Assembly: GCA_044356725.1 (NCBI GenBank)
Contig: JBIKVS010000007.1
Location: 1-52,498 of the forward strand
Source of the DNA: Minisyncoccia bacterium
GTDB lineage: Bacteria; Patescibacteriota; Minisyncoccia; SW-4-49-11
DNA: 52,498 nucleotides
Reading direction: 5' to 3'
Position numbers and translations under genes: made by a program. Below are positions 40,028 through 49,403 of the stretch, one piece after another (positions within the stretch are counted from its first letter, which is position 1; the number at the start of each line of letters is the position of its first letter). The notes under the pieces were generated by a model. It was not told where the DNA came from. It saw nothing but the letters and a program-made list of their open reading frames with translations, and ran no database searches.

Positions 40028-40880
40028 TTAGTTATTTTTATCTTTTTTACTTAAAGCTTTTGTCTTGGTTATTTCTAAATAATTAGCTTTACTTATTACA
40101 CTTCTACCTAACTCTTTTTCAGTGTCTTTTCTGGCGTTTCCAGCAACTTTGCCTCCTCTTTGTGCTACTTTTTTATTGGCTGTCATTCCTGCTGGTTTTT
40201 CTTGTTGGGATATTTCTGTGGTCACTTTTTATCCTAGCATTGTGAATATTAGCTCAAGATCAGTCATATTGTCTCTGAGATTGGCTTTGGATGTAGTTGG
40301 GATATTTTTAAGTTTCCTATATTCATTGGGGGTTAGTCCAAATGTGGCTTTGCTGATTTCAGCTGTTAAAATTGCATAATCTTTATTTTCTGTGATACCT
40401 CTTTCTCTCCATTCATCGGTGAGATTTTGGCGAATTGCAATTCCACGAAGTCTTTTATCTATCCAATCAGCTGGATATCCCTTGGCTTCATATAGCTTTT
40501 TCATCCTCTCCTGAGCTAGCTCTGGGTTTTCTATTTCTTCTATTCTCTCATACCCAACTTTAGCTAGCCATCTTTTGAATGGTTCAGCTTTTGGGGATGG
40601 ATTGTATAATTCTGAGTATATGTTCTGTATTACCAGCAAGGGTTTTTCTTTTTTTACCTGTATTGGTAGACATCTCTATCTGGGGACAATTTGTCCCTAG
40701 GTATATTCCAAGCTCCTCATCTCTCTTTCTAATTTTCTTTAGATAATCAGTGGGATTTAAACTATCTGTCAAAGCTCCGACTATATCTACTACTGAAAAA
40801 TACCATTCCTTATTATACCAAATTTTACGAATTTGTTTCTTTTCAAATAGAGCGATTTTATTATGAGTATTTGTTGACAT
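40028..40880 (-). pseudogene. Bro-N/antirepressor-like gene with one frameshift and one nonsense codon
   Basis: Three fragments join into a paralogue of 48370-49188; frameshift near 40590 (IQSIP|SPKAEPFK); TAA at 40229-40231 in MLG*KVTTEI. Confidence 0.92.
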
Positions 40881-40902
40881 ATAATTTTATTTAATTATTT
40901 TT

Positions 40903-40970
40903 ATAATACCATATTTTACCCTTTTTGAGGAGGGGAGATAAAATTATGAATTGTGAATTATGAATTGTAG
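40903..40970 (-). promoter_or_regulatory. Repeated promoter block, copy 1 of 5
   Basis: Minus strand reads CCCCTCCTCAAAAAGGGTAAAATATGGTATTAT, preceded by a heptamer array. Confidence 0.75.
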
Positions 40971-41107
40971 GGCTTTAAGTCCCTCCTATTAGCTCTTTTA
41001 AAGAGATATTAGGAGGGGGCGACCTTTCAGTCGCCTTTTTTATCCCTTTTCCTATATTTTACTTTGAGGTTATTTACAGGTATAATATAAAAAAGTATCT
41101 AATATAT

Positions 41108-41509
41108 ATGAAAACATTTATAAAAAATTTCCAAGATTGGTTCTTTTTAAAACCAAAGCTAGATAATAATAATCACAAACCTCCTTTTGTTTCAGAAAGA
41201 GACTTTTGGTGGGCTCATTTAGGAGAAAATATTGGGACTGAAATTAGTGGTAAATCTAACAGATATACAAGACCAGTTATTATTTTTAAAAAACTCTCTC
41301 CCCATACCTTTTTAATTATACCAACTTCAACCAAAATAAAATCTGGATCTTGGTTTGTACATTTTATCCATAAAGAACTAAATATGGTAGCTTGCCTACA
41401 TCAAATTAGAGTAATTGATTATAGAAGACTACAAAATAAAATTGGTAGAATTGATATCAATGACACTAAAAAAATAAAAACTCAATTTAAAAAATTATAT
41501 AAATTATAA
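41108..41509 (+). CDS. PemK/MazF-family endoribonuclease toxin (no adjacent antitoxin ORF)
   Basis: WWAHLGENIGTEISGK...RPVII....IPTST...LHQIRVIDYRRL..KIG; own promoter TTTACT-17-TATAAT ending at 41086. Confidence 0.88.
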   Translation: MKTFIKNFQDWFFLKPKLDNNNHKPPFVSERDFWWAHLGENIGTEISGKSNRYTRPVIIFKKLSPHTFLIIPTSTKIKSGSWFVHFIHKELNMVACLHQIRVIDYRRLQNKIGRIDINDTKKIKTQFKKLYKL

Positions 41510-41598
41510 AAAGAAAGCCCCCTATTCGGGGGGACGCTACATATGTAGAATATGAAAATATATTAACAAGAATAATATATTTTGTCAATATTGGTACT

Positions 41599-41897
41599 AG
41601 ATGAGATGTTGAGGTTATAAATTGTAAATGATAAATTATAACTTTCGTAGCGAAGCCATCCCTGCGGGAGGTAAACGTTTATCCCTCCATATCGTAGAGT
41701 CTACGCCCTCGCCGACATTGTTTTAAAATTCCTCTCTTGAGCCGGTGTAGAATGAACCGTATTCTGTCTCCCTTTGGAGGGAGTACCCGTAGGGGGAGGG
41801 TGGATAGAGTTTAACTATGAATTCGTAGTGGCGACCTTTCAGTCGCCTTTTCTGTCCTCCCTTGGGGGAGGTGGCACCGTAGGTGACGGAGGAGGAA
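41599..41897. repeat. Heptamer array plus composite REP cluster
   Basis: GTAGTGGCGACCTTTCAGTCGCC at 41825-41847; CTGTCTCCCTTTGGAGGGAGTACCCGTAGGGGGAGGG; CTGTCCTCCCTTGGGGGAGGTGGCACCGTAGGTGACGGAGGAGG. Confidence 0.88.
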
Positions 41898-41922
41898 TTT
41901 TATAAAATTAATTTTAACTTAC

Positions 41923-42147
41923 TTATTCCTTATTATAATTTTTAATTATATCAGATAATCCTTTTCTTTCAATAAAAGTTTTATTCTTAAATTTCATTGA
42001 TTTAATTTGTTTTTTTTCAATTAATTTTCTAACCTGATTTTTTGATAAAATCTGCATATCCTCTACAATAGAAAGACTAATGTAATCTTTATCTATTGAT
42101 TCAAAAATTTCTTGTTCAAGTTGTTTTTTAGATTTATACATATTCAT
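41923..42147 (-). CDS. Small excisionase-like (HTH_17-type) DNA-binding protein
   Basis: YISL.....ILSKNQVRKLI....IKSMKF...TFI.R..L pattern. Confidence 0.6.
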   Translation of the reverse strand: MNMYKSKKQLEQEIFESIDKDYISLSIVEDMQILSKNQVRKLIEKKQIKSMKFKNKTFIERKGLSDIIKNYNKE

Positions 42148-42188
42148 AAATTATAATTTAATATTAAGAAAATAATCTTATCAATTCA

Positions 42189-43220
42189 TCAAAGTTTCTT
42201 ACTGGGTTCTTTTAACAACGTTATAAATTTCTTAGGCTTCCCTGTTTCCCAGTTCATAATTTTGACATATTTTTTTCCGTTATGTTTGTCTGGACGATTA
42301 TATTTACAGCCTTCACATTCGTATTTTTCTACTTTTTCATCCTCATATCCTTCCAAAGTGTTTTTACCTGGTGTTGTGATAGTCTTATGATTACAGCTCA
42401 TTGGGATGACATATTTTAAGCCGTCCATTTGGAATATATTCCAGCTTATAATGATTGCAAATTCTTCTTTGATTTTTCTTGATGGTTCTTTTTTAAACTT
42501 AGCTTTATAATAATCTATCAGGGTATAGAGTAAATTTTCACGAGCTAAAAGTACATTGTCTCCTTGCCATTCATAGCCATAGCTTGCCTTGAAGGCTTCT
42601 TTTGCCCAATATAGCCAGTCTTTTTCATCTTTACAATATTTATTGACTATTTGTAATTTCATATCCAAAAAGCCTACTCTTTGTTCAATAGGTATTATTG
42701 TCCCATGTTGAGATGTGGGATCATATCTGCTGACTATGAAGGGTCCTTCTCCACAAGTGATTTCTAATTTTAATTCTTTGACATATTCTTGCCAATTATG
42801 TTTGTTTACGGTATAAGTGTCTACCGATTCATTCATTTGTTTGACTATGTCTAAAGGAGTGAATACTTCTGCTTTATCTTTGGTACGATGTTTTTGCTCA
42901 GCTAGACTTTTGGAGACTCTAGGCTGAATCGTTTTGCCATAGACATTAGTAACTAATTCTGGTCTAATTGGTTCTTTAGAATCAAAAACATTTGCTTTGG
43001 ATTTTCCCTTTGCTTTATCTTTATATGAATCAGTTGCCCATATTATATTATGCCTTGTTATATTACCTTGTTCTTGAGAATTGATATTTTCGATCTCTTT
43101 CTTTTTAAGTAATTTGATAATTTTAGGACTTGGGCAATGTAATAATAAAATATCCAAAATTATACCCTCTTGGCGAAGAGTGTTCTCTAGTATATCTATA
43201 TTTTGCTTCTTTTGAGGCAT
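42189..43220 (-). CDS. R-M associated methyltransferase-like subunit
   Basis: AEVFTP, LEITCGEGPF, YGYEWQGDN..LAR.N, WNIFQMDGL; no NPPY/DPPY motif visible. Confidence 0.85.
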   Translation of the reverse strand: MPQKKQNIDILENTLRQEGIILDILLLHCPSPKIIKLLKKKEIENINSQEQGNITRHNIIWATDSYKDKAKGKSKANVFDSKEPIRPELVTNVYGKTIQPRVSKSLAEQKHRTKDKAEVFTPLDIVKQMNESVDTYTVNKHNWQEYVKELKLEITCGEGPFIVSRYDPTSQHGTIIPIEQRVGFLDMKLQIVNKYCKDEKDWLYWAKEAFKASYGYEWQGDNVLLARENLLYTLIDYYKAKFKKEPSRKIKEEFAIIISWNIFQMDGLKYVIPMSCNHKTITTPGKNTLEGYEDEKVEKYECEGCKYNRPDKHNGKKYVKIMNWETGKPKKFITLLKEPSKKL

Positions 43221-43226
43221 AAAGAT

Positions 43227-46200
43227 TTATGTCATCGGCTTGACATGAGATTCGATAAAGTCAATTTCTTTTTGATCTAGTCCATATTTTTTGTACAATT
43301 GTTGATCTATTTCAGGAATTGATTTTGACCAATCTATATCTGATTGAGGAGTGAAGTTTTGTAAAGGAATTTTTGACCAGACATCTTTAGTCTTATTATT
43401 TTGAGTCGTTTTAAGAATTCCTAACATGGTGCGTGCAAATTTACTCTTCAAATAGCTTAAAATTGCCTCAGCTTCATAGTAAGTATCAAAAGAACCTATA
43501 CTTATAAATGTTTGGGTATGTCCTGTTAGAGGTTCTCCGACAACTGGATTAGATAAGGTTTCCCCAAACTCACCTGAACCATTAGCTGCAGGGACAAAGA
43601 TTTTATACTTCAGCATATTTTCTGAAGCTTCAACATAATCAGATTTAATAAATTTGAATGTACGAGATCCATTTTGACGGCCATATATTCTAATATAGCT
43701 TCCATCTTCATATGGACTTTCACTAAAAATTTCTGGCACTACATCAAAAATTGAGGATGTTAATCTTCTTTCTTTGCCATCCCCACCAAGCTTTTTTTTG
43801 AATTCTGGATAATCCCTATAAAGAGTATCTAAATTGAATTTTGTTTGAACATACATTAGGGTACCAAATTCAGGTGCTTTACCTTTAGATTTAACCTTAT
43901 TTAATATCGAATTTAATTCGGGGCTATTAGTAAAAGAACCAATCGCACCAAAATTTTGATTTTTATCTCTATAGGTTATTACTATACCCCCCTTTATATC
44001 AGTATTTGGAAATATCTTATCAGATTTTTTTTCATAGTATAGTATCTTTAAACTCTCATCACTTAGCATTTTTTTATTCCATATCTGAGGGGTTGAACCA
44101 ACATTAAATAAAAATCTAGCTGGCGTTATTAAGCTCACTTTATCAGATATTTTATAAGATTCTTCGAAGAATAGGTGATAAATCGAATCATCACGGTTTC
44201 TTTCGCTATTATTTTCCTGATATGGCGGATTTCCTACGACTGCGGTAAATTTCATATTTTTATCTAGGTTAAATTTGGCTAATAATTCATCTTGTAATTT
44301 ATAGTCTTTATACTGTTCTTTTTGTTGAAGTTTAGATACTAGATCTTCTATATAGATTATATTGGTCTCTATACTTTTATTATATCCAGCTAATGTTCTT
44401 TGGGTTATGCTTTTGGCCATTGGGCTTTTACATAGGACATATATATTATTTTTGAGTACTTCTCGCCAAAGTTGTTGATATATATCTTCTTCTGATTTTT
44501 TATGATTTCTTTTTAATTTTCTTGAATATACATTGTAGGCTGATAGTAAGGGGTACATTCCTGATTTAGAATTGATTTCTAGTATTTTGGTGTTTTCATC
44601 TTCCCATATACTTGTGTCTACATCTTTACCACTTACCCAAAATGGTTTGCCTGTTTTACTATCTATTTGCTCACTGCTAAAATTATGTCCTCCAAAGGCT
44701 GATGTTAGATGCATATTGACTACATTCCATGGAGTAAGGACGGTTTCTTTATCTGGGTTTTTGAAGGTTGAGAATATTTCTGCAATTGCTTGTATTCTCT
44801 CAGTTGGCATTAATTGATCACAATCATAGGCTTTGGCTCTGATGTTTTTAGTGACTCCTTTGAATACATCTTCGTCATAGTATTGAACAAAATCTTGGAA
44901 TTTTGCTTTGGTGAGTCCTTCTGGCATAAATTCTTCCCAAGACTCATCATCTACTAGATCGATAAATTCTTGTAGGTCTATATCTTCTCTATAGGATACA
45001 TTGGCTCCATATACTAACATTGGCATTCTGATACTGACTGCTCGGAGAATACTGATTGCTGTTTGTTTCTTTTTTTGCTTTTCTCGATTATCTTTTAATT
45101 GTGCTAGTAAAGCTTCTTTTTCTTCTTCTGTTAGTTCTACTCCTTGTTTTTGCTTTTTCTCTGCTTCTTCGGCTTTTTTTCTTGTTAATGCATCCATTCC
45201 ATGGTCATTGATTTTAAGCTCATTTGTTTTTTCTTTGTTTGATTTACCTACAATTTGTTTTAAGTCATCAAAGCTTTTCCAAGCTATTCCATCTAGATTT
45301 AATAGTTTATCATTGTATAATTTTGGATCGTCAAACCCGTTACGACTTACTCTGTCAATAATTGCTTCTTTTAGTTTTAATAACATTGTATCTACATCAA
45401 AAGACTTCATCTTACTATTGTCTGATGTTATTATTGGGCAGAAATTCAAAAATTGTATCATTGCTTCTTTTTGCTCTTTGGTATTGATTTTACCAGATTT
45501 ATGATTTAGCTCTACTGCTTCTGCGACTAGTTTGAGGGTTCTATCTGGTGCAAAGTCGAATACATAGCCTTGAGTTTTGATTTTACCATTGATTTTAGCT
45601 GGGGTTTGACAACGGAATGCGGTCTGTAGATAAGTTGTAGCTGAGCTGGTATCTGACATCATAAATACTGCTGTCCATTGAGGGATAGATGCTCCTGTGG
45701 TGAGTCTTTGTCCTGTTAGGGTGATAGTGTATTCATGATTTTTAATAGCATTTATTACTCTTTCTTTAGCATCTTTATCCTCTTCATCGTCTTTATTATC
45801 CCCTGATATATTCACAATTCCAAAATTACCTGCTCCAAAGACTGGATGTCCTTTTAGTAATTTTTCCATTGCTTCTATAACTTTTACTCTATTTGGGAGG
45901 AGCCAAAGTGAATGTTTATTATAATTTCTATATGCTTCTGTAGCATAAGGGAATTTGGTGTTTAAGCTGTCATTAACTAGTAAGTTTAAGAATTTTTGCA
46001 CCTTATCTTTGTATACAAATTCATCTGTATCATTGCCTTCTTCATCTTTATGTACTCGGAAAAATTCATGAAATTTGAATGCTTTGTCTAATGTGTCATA
46101 AAACTCTCCACCTGTAATATCTATATTATTTTTGAATTTATCTATATCATAGGTAAAAATACTCAAAGCTGGTAATTCGGAATAAGGGTTTGGGACTCCT

Positions 46201-47246
46201 GGATTTCTAGTTTCCCAGTTTAGTTTATCAGCTTGTTCCATTACATAGTCCCATGTGTAAATCTCCTCTTCTTGATGTTTATGTATAATATTAAATGGGG
46301 TTCCTGAGAGGACTAATGTAAAGTTGGTGGGAATATTTAAAAATACACTTTCCCCAAGATCACTTTGTGTGCCTTCGTGGGCTTCATCTATAATTACCAT
46401 ATCCCAAGTTGTGTCAAATATTTCATCATTTTTTTCAAATCCTTTTGCTTTAGATTGATTTGATTCATCTTGTACTATTCGCTTCGCTCCTCTTAAATCT
46501 TGTAATGAGGCAAAGTATACAAATTTCTTATTTTCTTGAATAAGAAATTTAATATTCTCTCCTTTATCTTTGGATGAATATTCATAGTTATCACTAGCAA
46601 GTACTTTATTAAAGTCTTCATACCAGTCAGCACTTACACTTGGTCGATGTGTTACTATGAGAACTTTTTGCATTTTATTCTTTTTGGCTACTTGCATTGC
46701 TGCTGATGTCTTTCCAAATCTCATTTTAGCATTCCAAAGGAATTTTTTACGATTTTTTTTGATTGCTTTAGTAGTTTTTTCTATTGCATCAAGTTGATTC
46801 GGACGGAATTGGAATTCAATTTGAGTTGAATTTATTTTTTCTTGGGATGTTAGGGCGGTTCTTCCTTGTTTCACTGCCTGTATAGCATTTTTAGCAATAT
46901 CAAGACTGATTTCAAACCATTCTGAATGAGCATTTTTTACATTTTCTGATTTTCTATCATAGCCAGATCTTATCAGAACATTATGAACATCTTTATCACT
47001 AAAACAATCTCCATCGTTTGTTATAGCTAATTCAGCATATTCTAGTTTATATGGTATATCGGCAGTTTGGGTTTGTTGTTTTATCCGATTATGGGCGGCT
47101 TGATCTATATCTTGTTGACTTGGATTTTCTAAATTGATTGTGGTATATCCTGTCTTAAGACGACCTTTATGTGTTTCATAAGGAATTGAATATAAATACA
47201 CTACTCCATATGAAAAAGTTTCATGTATTTTATAATTTCGTTCCAT
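43227..47246 (-). CDS. GIY-YIG/T5orf172-like nuclease, SF2 helicase and N6-adenine methyltransferase (Eco57I-like) fusion
   Basis: VYLY..LKTGYT..RI.QQ..EWF; NAKMRFGKT, DEAH, LSGTP, QTAFR; VLTP, LEINSKSG, VGNPPYQ, ITPARF. Confidence 0.92.
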   Translation of the reverse strand: MERNYKIHETFSYGVVYLYSIPYETHKGRLKTGYTTINLENPSQQDIDQAAHNRIKQQTQTADIPYKLEYAELAITNDGDCFSDKDVHNVLIRSGYDRKSENVKNAHSEWFEISLDIAKNAIQAVKQGRTALTSQEKINSTQIEFQFRPNQLDAIEKTTKAIKKNRKKFLWNAKMRFGKTSAAMQVAKKNKMQKVLIVTHRPSVSADWYEDFNKVLASDNYEYSSKDKGENIKFLIQENKKFVYFASLQDLRGAKRIVQDESNQSKAKGFEKNDEIFDTTWDMVIIDEAHEGTQSDLGESVFLNIPTNFTLVLSGTPFNIIHKHQEEEIYTWDYVMEQADKLNWETRNPGVPNPYSELPALSIFTYDIDKFKNNIDITGGEFYDTLDKAFKFHEFFRVHKDEEGNDTDEFVYKDKVQKFLNLLVNDSLNTKFPYATEAYRNYNKHSLWLLPNRVKVIEAMEKLLKGHPVFGAGNFGIVNISGDNKDDEEDKDAKERVINAIKNHEYTITLTGQRLTTGASIPQWTAVFMMSDTSSATTYLQTAFRCQTPAKINGKIKTQGYVFDFAPDRTLKLVAEAVELNHKSGKINTKEQKEAMIQFLNFCPIITSDNSKMKSFDVDTMLLKLKEAIIDRVSRNGFDDPKLYNDKLLNLDGIAWKSFDDLKQIVGKSNKEKTNELKINDHGMDALTRKKAEEAEKKQKQGVELTEEEKEALLAQLKDNREKQKKKQTAISILRAVSIRMPMLVYGANVSYREDIDLQEFIDLVDDESWEEFMPEGLTKAKFQDFVQYYDEDVFKGVTKNIRAKAYDCDQLMPTERIQAIAEIFSTFKNPDKETVLTPWNVVNMHLTSAFGGHNFSSEQIDSKTGKPFWVSGKDVDTSIWEDENTKILEINSKSGMYPLLSAYNVYSRKLKRNHKKSEEDIYQQLWREVLKNNIYVLCKSPMAKSITQRTLAGYNKSIETNIIYIEDLVSKLQQKEQYKDYKLQDELLAKFNLDKNMKFTAVVGNPPYQENNSERNRDDSIYHLFFEESYKISDKVSLITPARFLFNVGSTPQIWNKKMLSDESLKILYYEKKSDKIFPNTDIKGGIVITYRDKNQNFGAIGSFTNSPELNSILNKVKSKGKAPEFGTLMYVQTKFNLDTLYRDYPEFKKKLGGDGKERRLTSSIFDVVPEIFSESPYEDGSYIRIYGRQNGSRTFKFIKSDYVEASENMLKYKIFVPAANGSGEFGETLSNPVVGEPLTGHTQTFISIGSFDTYYEAEAILSYLKSKFARTMLGILKTTQNNKTKDVWSKIPLQNFTPQSDIDWSKSIPEIDQQLYKKYGLDQKEIDFIESHVKPMT

Positions 47247-47273
47247 AGTTTAGAAATATTTTACTATATATTT

Positions 47274-47362
47274 GTATTATACCACATTTTTGCCTTTTTG
47301 AGGAGGGGAGATAAAATTATAAATTGTGAATTATTAGTGGTGAGAAATCCACCCCGTCCAGC
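47274..47362 (-). promoter_or_regulatory. Repeated promoter block, copy 2 of 5
   Basis: Minus strand reads CCCCTCCTCAAAAAGGCAAAAATGTGGTATAATAC (extended -10), about 30 nt upstream of the ATG at 47246. Confidence 0.8.
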
Positions 47363-47582
47363 TCAGTCCTCCCTACCCCGTCGCAAATGGGATTTGCGCC
47401 TGTCCTCCTCCGTCACCTTTGGTGACACCTCCCCCAAGGGAGGACAGAAAGCAATCCACCCCCGCCTTTCAGGATTCCCCCTCCTAAAAGGGGGACATAA
47501 GCTCAAGTTGCAAAATACTCCACCCCGTCAGGCGAAGCCTGCCACCCCTCAATTTATCGACCGTAGGTGGAGAGGGGAACTT
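47347..47582. repeat. Composite palindrome cluster
   Basis: Modules shared with 49277-49380 and 50370-50790 (47421-47515 resembles 50670-50763) and with 38300-38360. Confidence 0.88.
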
Positions 47583-47674
47583 TAGGAAAAAATGAAAAGC
47601 CCACCTGTGAGGGGGGCTTGGGGTGGGATAAGTAGAGTAAATATTTTTACGAATATTTACAGAATATTACTTTT

Positions 47675-48172
47675 ATGCTATATATTAGATGTATTCTGGT
47701 GTTAAAAATGATCAGTTTCTTTCTTGATAAGCTCTTTCCCAAGACTAATCAAACCTTTATACCTTTTCTATATAATGATATAAAGATTGGATTTCAAAAA
47801 ATTAAAATTTGGATATTTGTGTCGGAATCAACAAACGAGGCATTAAAAAATCAAGATTTGATGAAAGTGCTAAAATTTTGTGTCGACAACATATGGTTCT
47901 CAAAGGTTACATTAAGAATTGAAAAATGTAAGAATATAGAAGATTTAAATCTAGGGCTACATCTAACAATGAGGTCTTGGTTGGATATAGATAGAGACAG
48001 TAGACATGAATACAGATTTAATGCTAAGGAAGTATTGTTGAGTATATTATATAATGAAGAAACTCCTGATTCAGTAAGAGCAGAAGCTTTGATGTTTTAT
48101 AATCAAATTAGCACTAGAAATATAATCCCATTGAAAAAATCTGGTTTTAATGTGATTGATTTACCAACCTAA
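47675..48172 (+). CDS. Hypothetical protein
   Basis: 165-aa ORF (start may be ATG at 47708) followed by the perfect hairpin AAATGGTTATCT/AGATAACCATTT plus T-tract (48171-48199). Confidence 0.6.
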   Translation: MLYIRCILVLKMISFFLDKLFPKTNQTFIPFLYNDIKIGFQKIKIWIFVSESTNEALKNQDLMKVLKFCVDNIWFSKVTLRIEKCKNIEDLNLGLHLTMRSWLDIDRDSRHEYRFNAKEVLLSILYNEETPDSVRAEALMFYNQISTRNIIPLKKSGFNVIDLPT

Positions 48173-48221
48173 ATGGTTATCTGTAGATAACCATTTTTTA
48201 TTTTAAACCTATAAAAAACAT

Positions 48222-48325
48222 TCCACCCTGCGGCCGTCGTAAATGTCCTCCTCCGTCACCTTTGGTGACACCTCCCCCGAGGGAGGACAAGTTATAAACA
48301 CAGGCGACTGGAAGGTCGCCCCTAC
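48222..48325. repeat. Palindrome cluster ending in a GTAG-REP
   Basis: TCCTCCTCCGTCACCTTTGGTGACACCTCCCCCGAGGGAGGACA; GGCGACTGGAAGGTCGCCCCTAC at 48303-48325. Confidence 0.88.
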
Positions 48326-48369
48326 GAAACAAATGGTGGGATAAAATCCCTAATTTATATTTTAAAGTA

Positions 48370-49188
48370 TTATTTTAATTTCTTGGTAGATTTTTTGGAT
48401 AAATAGTTATTCTTTGTAACAATTGATCTTCCAATCTCTTTCTCTAGTTGTTCTTTGGCAATTCCGGCAATTCTTCCCCCTCTTTTGGCATCTTGTTTTA
48501 ATTTTGCTTTTCCTAGAGAATTTTCTGTTTTATGAATTTCTGTTGTTGACCTTTCGCCCAGCATAGTAAATATTAATTCAAAATCATCCATATGATCCCG
48601 TAGATTTTCTAGTTTTAAACCTTTAACTTTTTTGTGTTCACTTGGTGTTATACCGAAAGTTGCTTTGGAAATTTCTGCTGTTAGAATTTCATAGTCTCTT
48701 TGTTCTTCTATACCTCGTTTTTGCCACTCTTCGGTCAATTCCTCTCTAATAGCAATCCCTCGCATTCTTTTTTCTATCCAATCATCAGAATATCCTTTCA
48801 GTTTATATAGCATTCTTGTTCGTTTGGTTGCAAGTTCTGGATTCTCAATCTCTTGCACTCGCTCAAATCCTACTTTAGCAAGCCATCTTTTGAATGGTTC
48901 GGCTTTTGGTGATGGTATGGATTGTATAATTCTTAGTATTCCTTCGGTATCTGCACAATCGGTTTTTCGTAGTTTTCCATCTTCCGCAATCAATTTCAAC
49001 TGTTCCCAAAATGGGAACGGTTGAGACATTTCTTTGTCTCGTACTTTCATTTTTGCCCAATATGTTTTAGGGGTAGGAGTTTCAGTAAGTACTGCTATTA
49101 CATCAAGGATTGAAAACCACCACTCATTTTTATGAAGTGTTTTTCTAATCATTTTTCCTTTAAATAAAACTATTTTATTTATTTCCAT
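48370..49188 (-). CDS. Bro-N domain/antirepressor-like protein
   Basis: IRK....EWWFSILDVIAVLT..YW..LKL.AEDGK.R.TD.AD...ILRIIQSIPSPKAEPFKRWLA; NLRDHM. Confidence 0.92.
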   Translation of the reverse strand: MEINKIVLFKGKMIRKTLHKNEWWFSILDVIAVLTETPTPKTYWAKMKVRDKEMSQPFPFWEQLKLIAEDGKLRKTDCADTEGILRIIQSIPSPKAEPFKRWLAKVGFERVQEIENPELATKRTRMLYKLKGYSDDWIEKRMRGIAIREELTEEWQKRGIEEQRDYEILTAEISKATFGITPSEHKKVKGLKLENLRDHMDDFELIFTMLGERSTTEIHKTENSLGKAKLKQDAKRGGRIAGIAKEQLEKEIGRSIVTKNNYLSKKSTKKLK

Positions 49189-49206
49189 TGTGGTTATTAT
49201 TAAATT

Positions 49207-49380
49207 TATTATACCACATTTTTGCTTTTTTGAGGAGGGGAGATAAAATTATAAATTGTGAATTATGAGTGGTGAGAAATCCACCCCGTCCAGCGAAGCT
49301 GTCCACCCCTCGAGAGGGGAATTTTAGCTCAGTCCTCCCTCCCCCTTCGGGTACTCCCTCCAAAGGGAGACAGAATACAG
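49207..49380 (-). promoter_or_regulatory. Repeated promoter block, copy 3 of 5, with attached palindromes
   Basis: 49207-49293 is nearly identical to 47276-47362. Confidence 0.8.
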
Positions 49381-49403
49381 TTCCGCCCTTCAAAAGTAGG
49401 ATT

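Noticed and set aside
38203-49393. ORFs 38203-38466, 47223-47585 and 49175-49393
   Set aside because: They are translations of GC-rich palindrome clusters and promoter blocks with no protein motifs.
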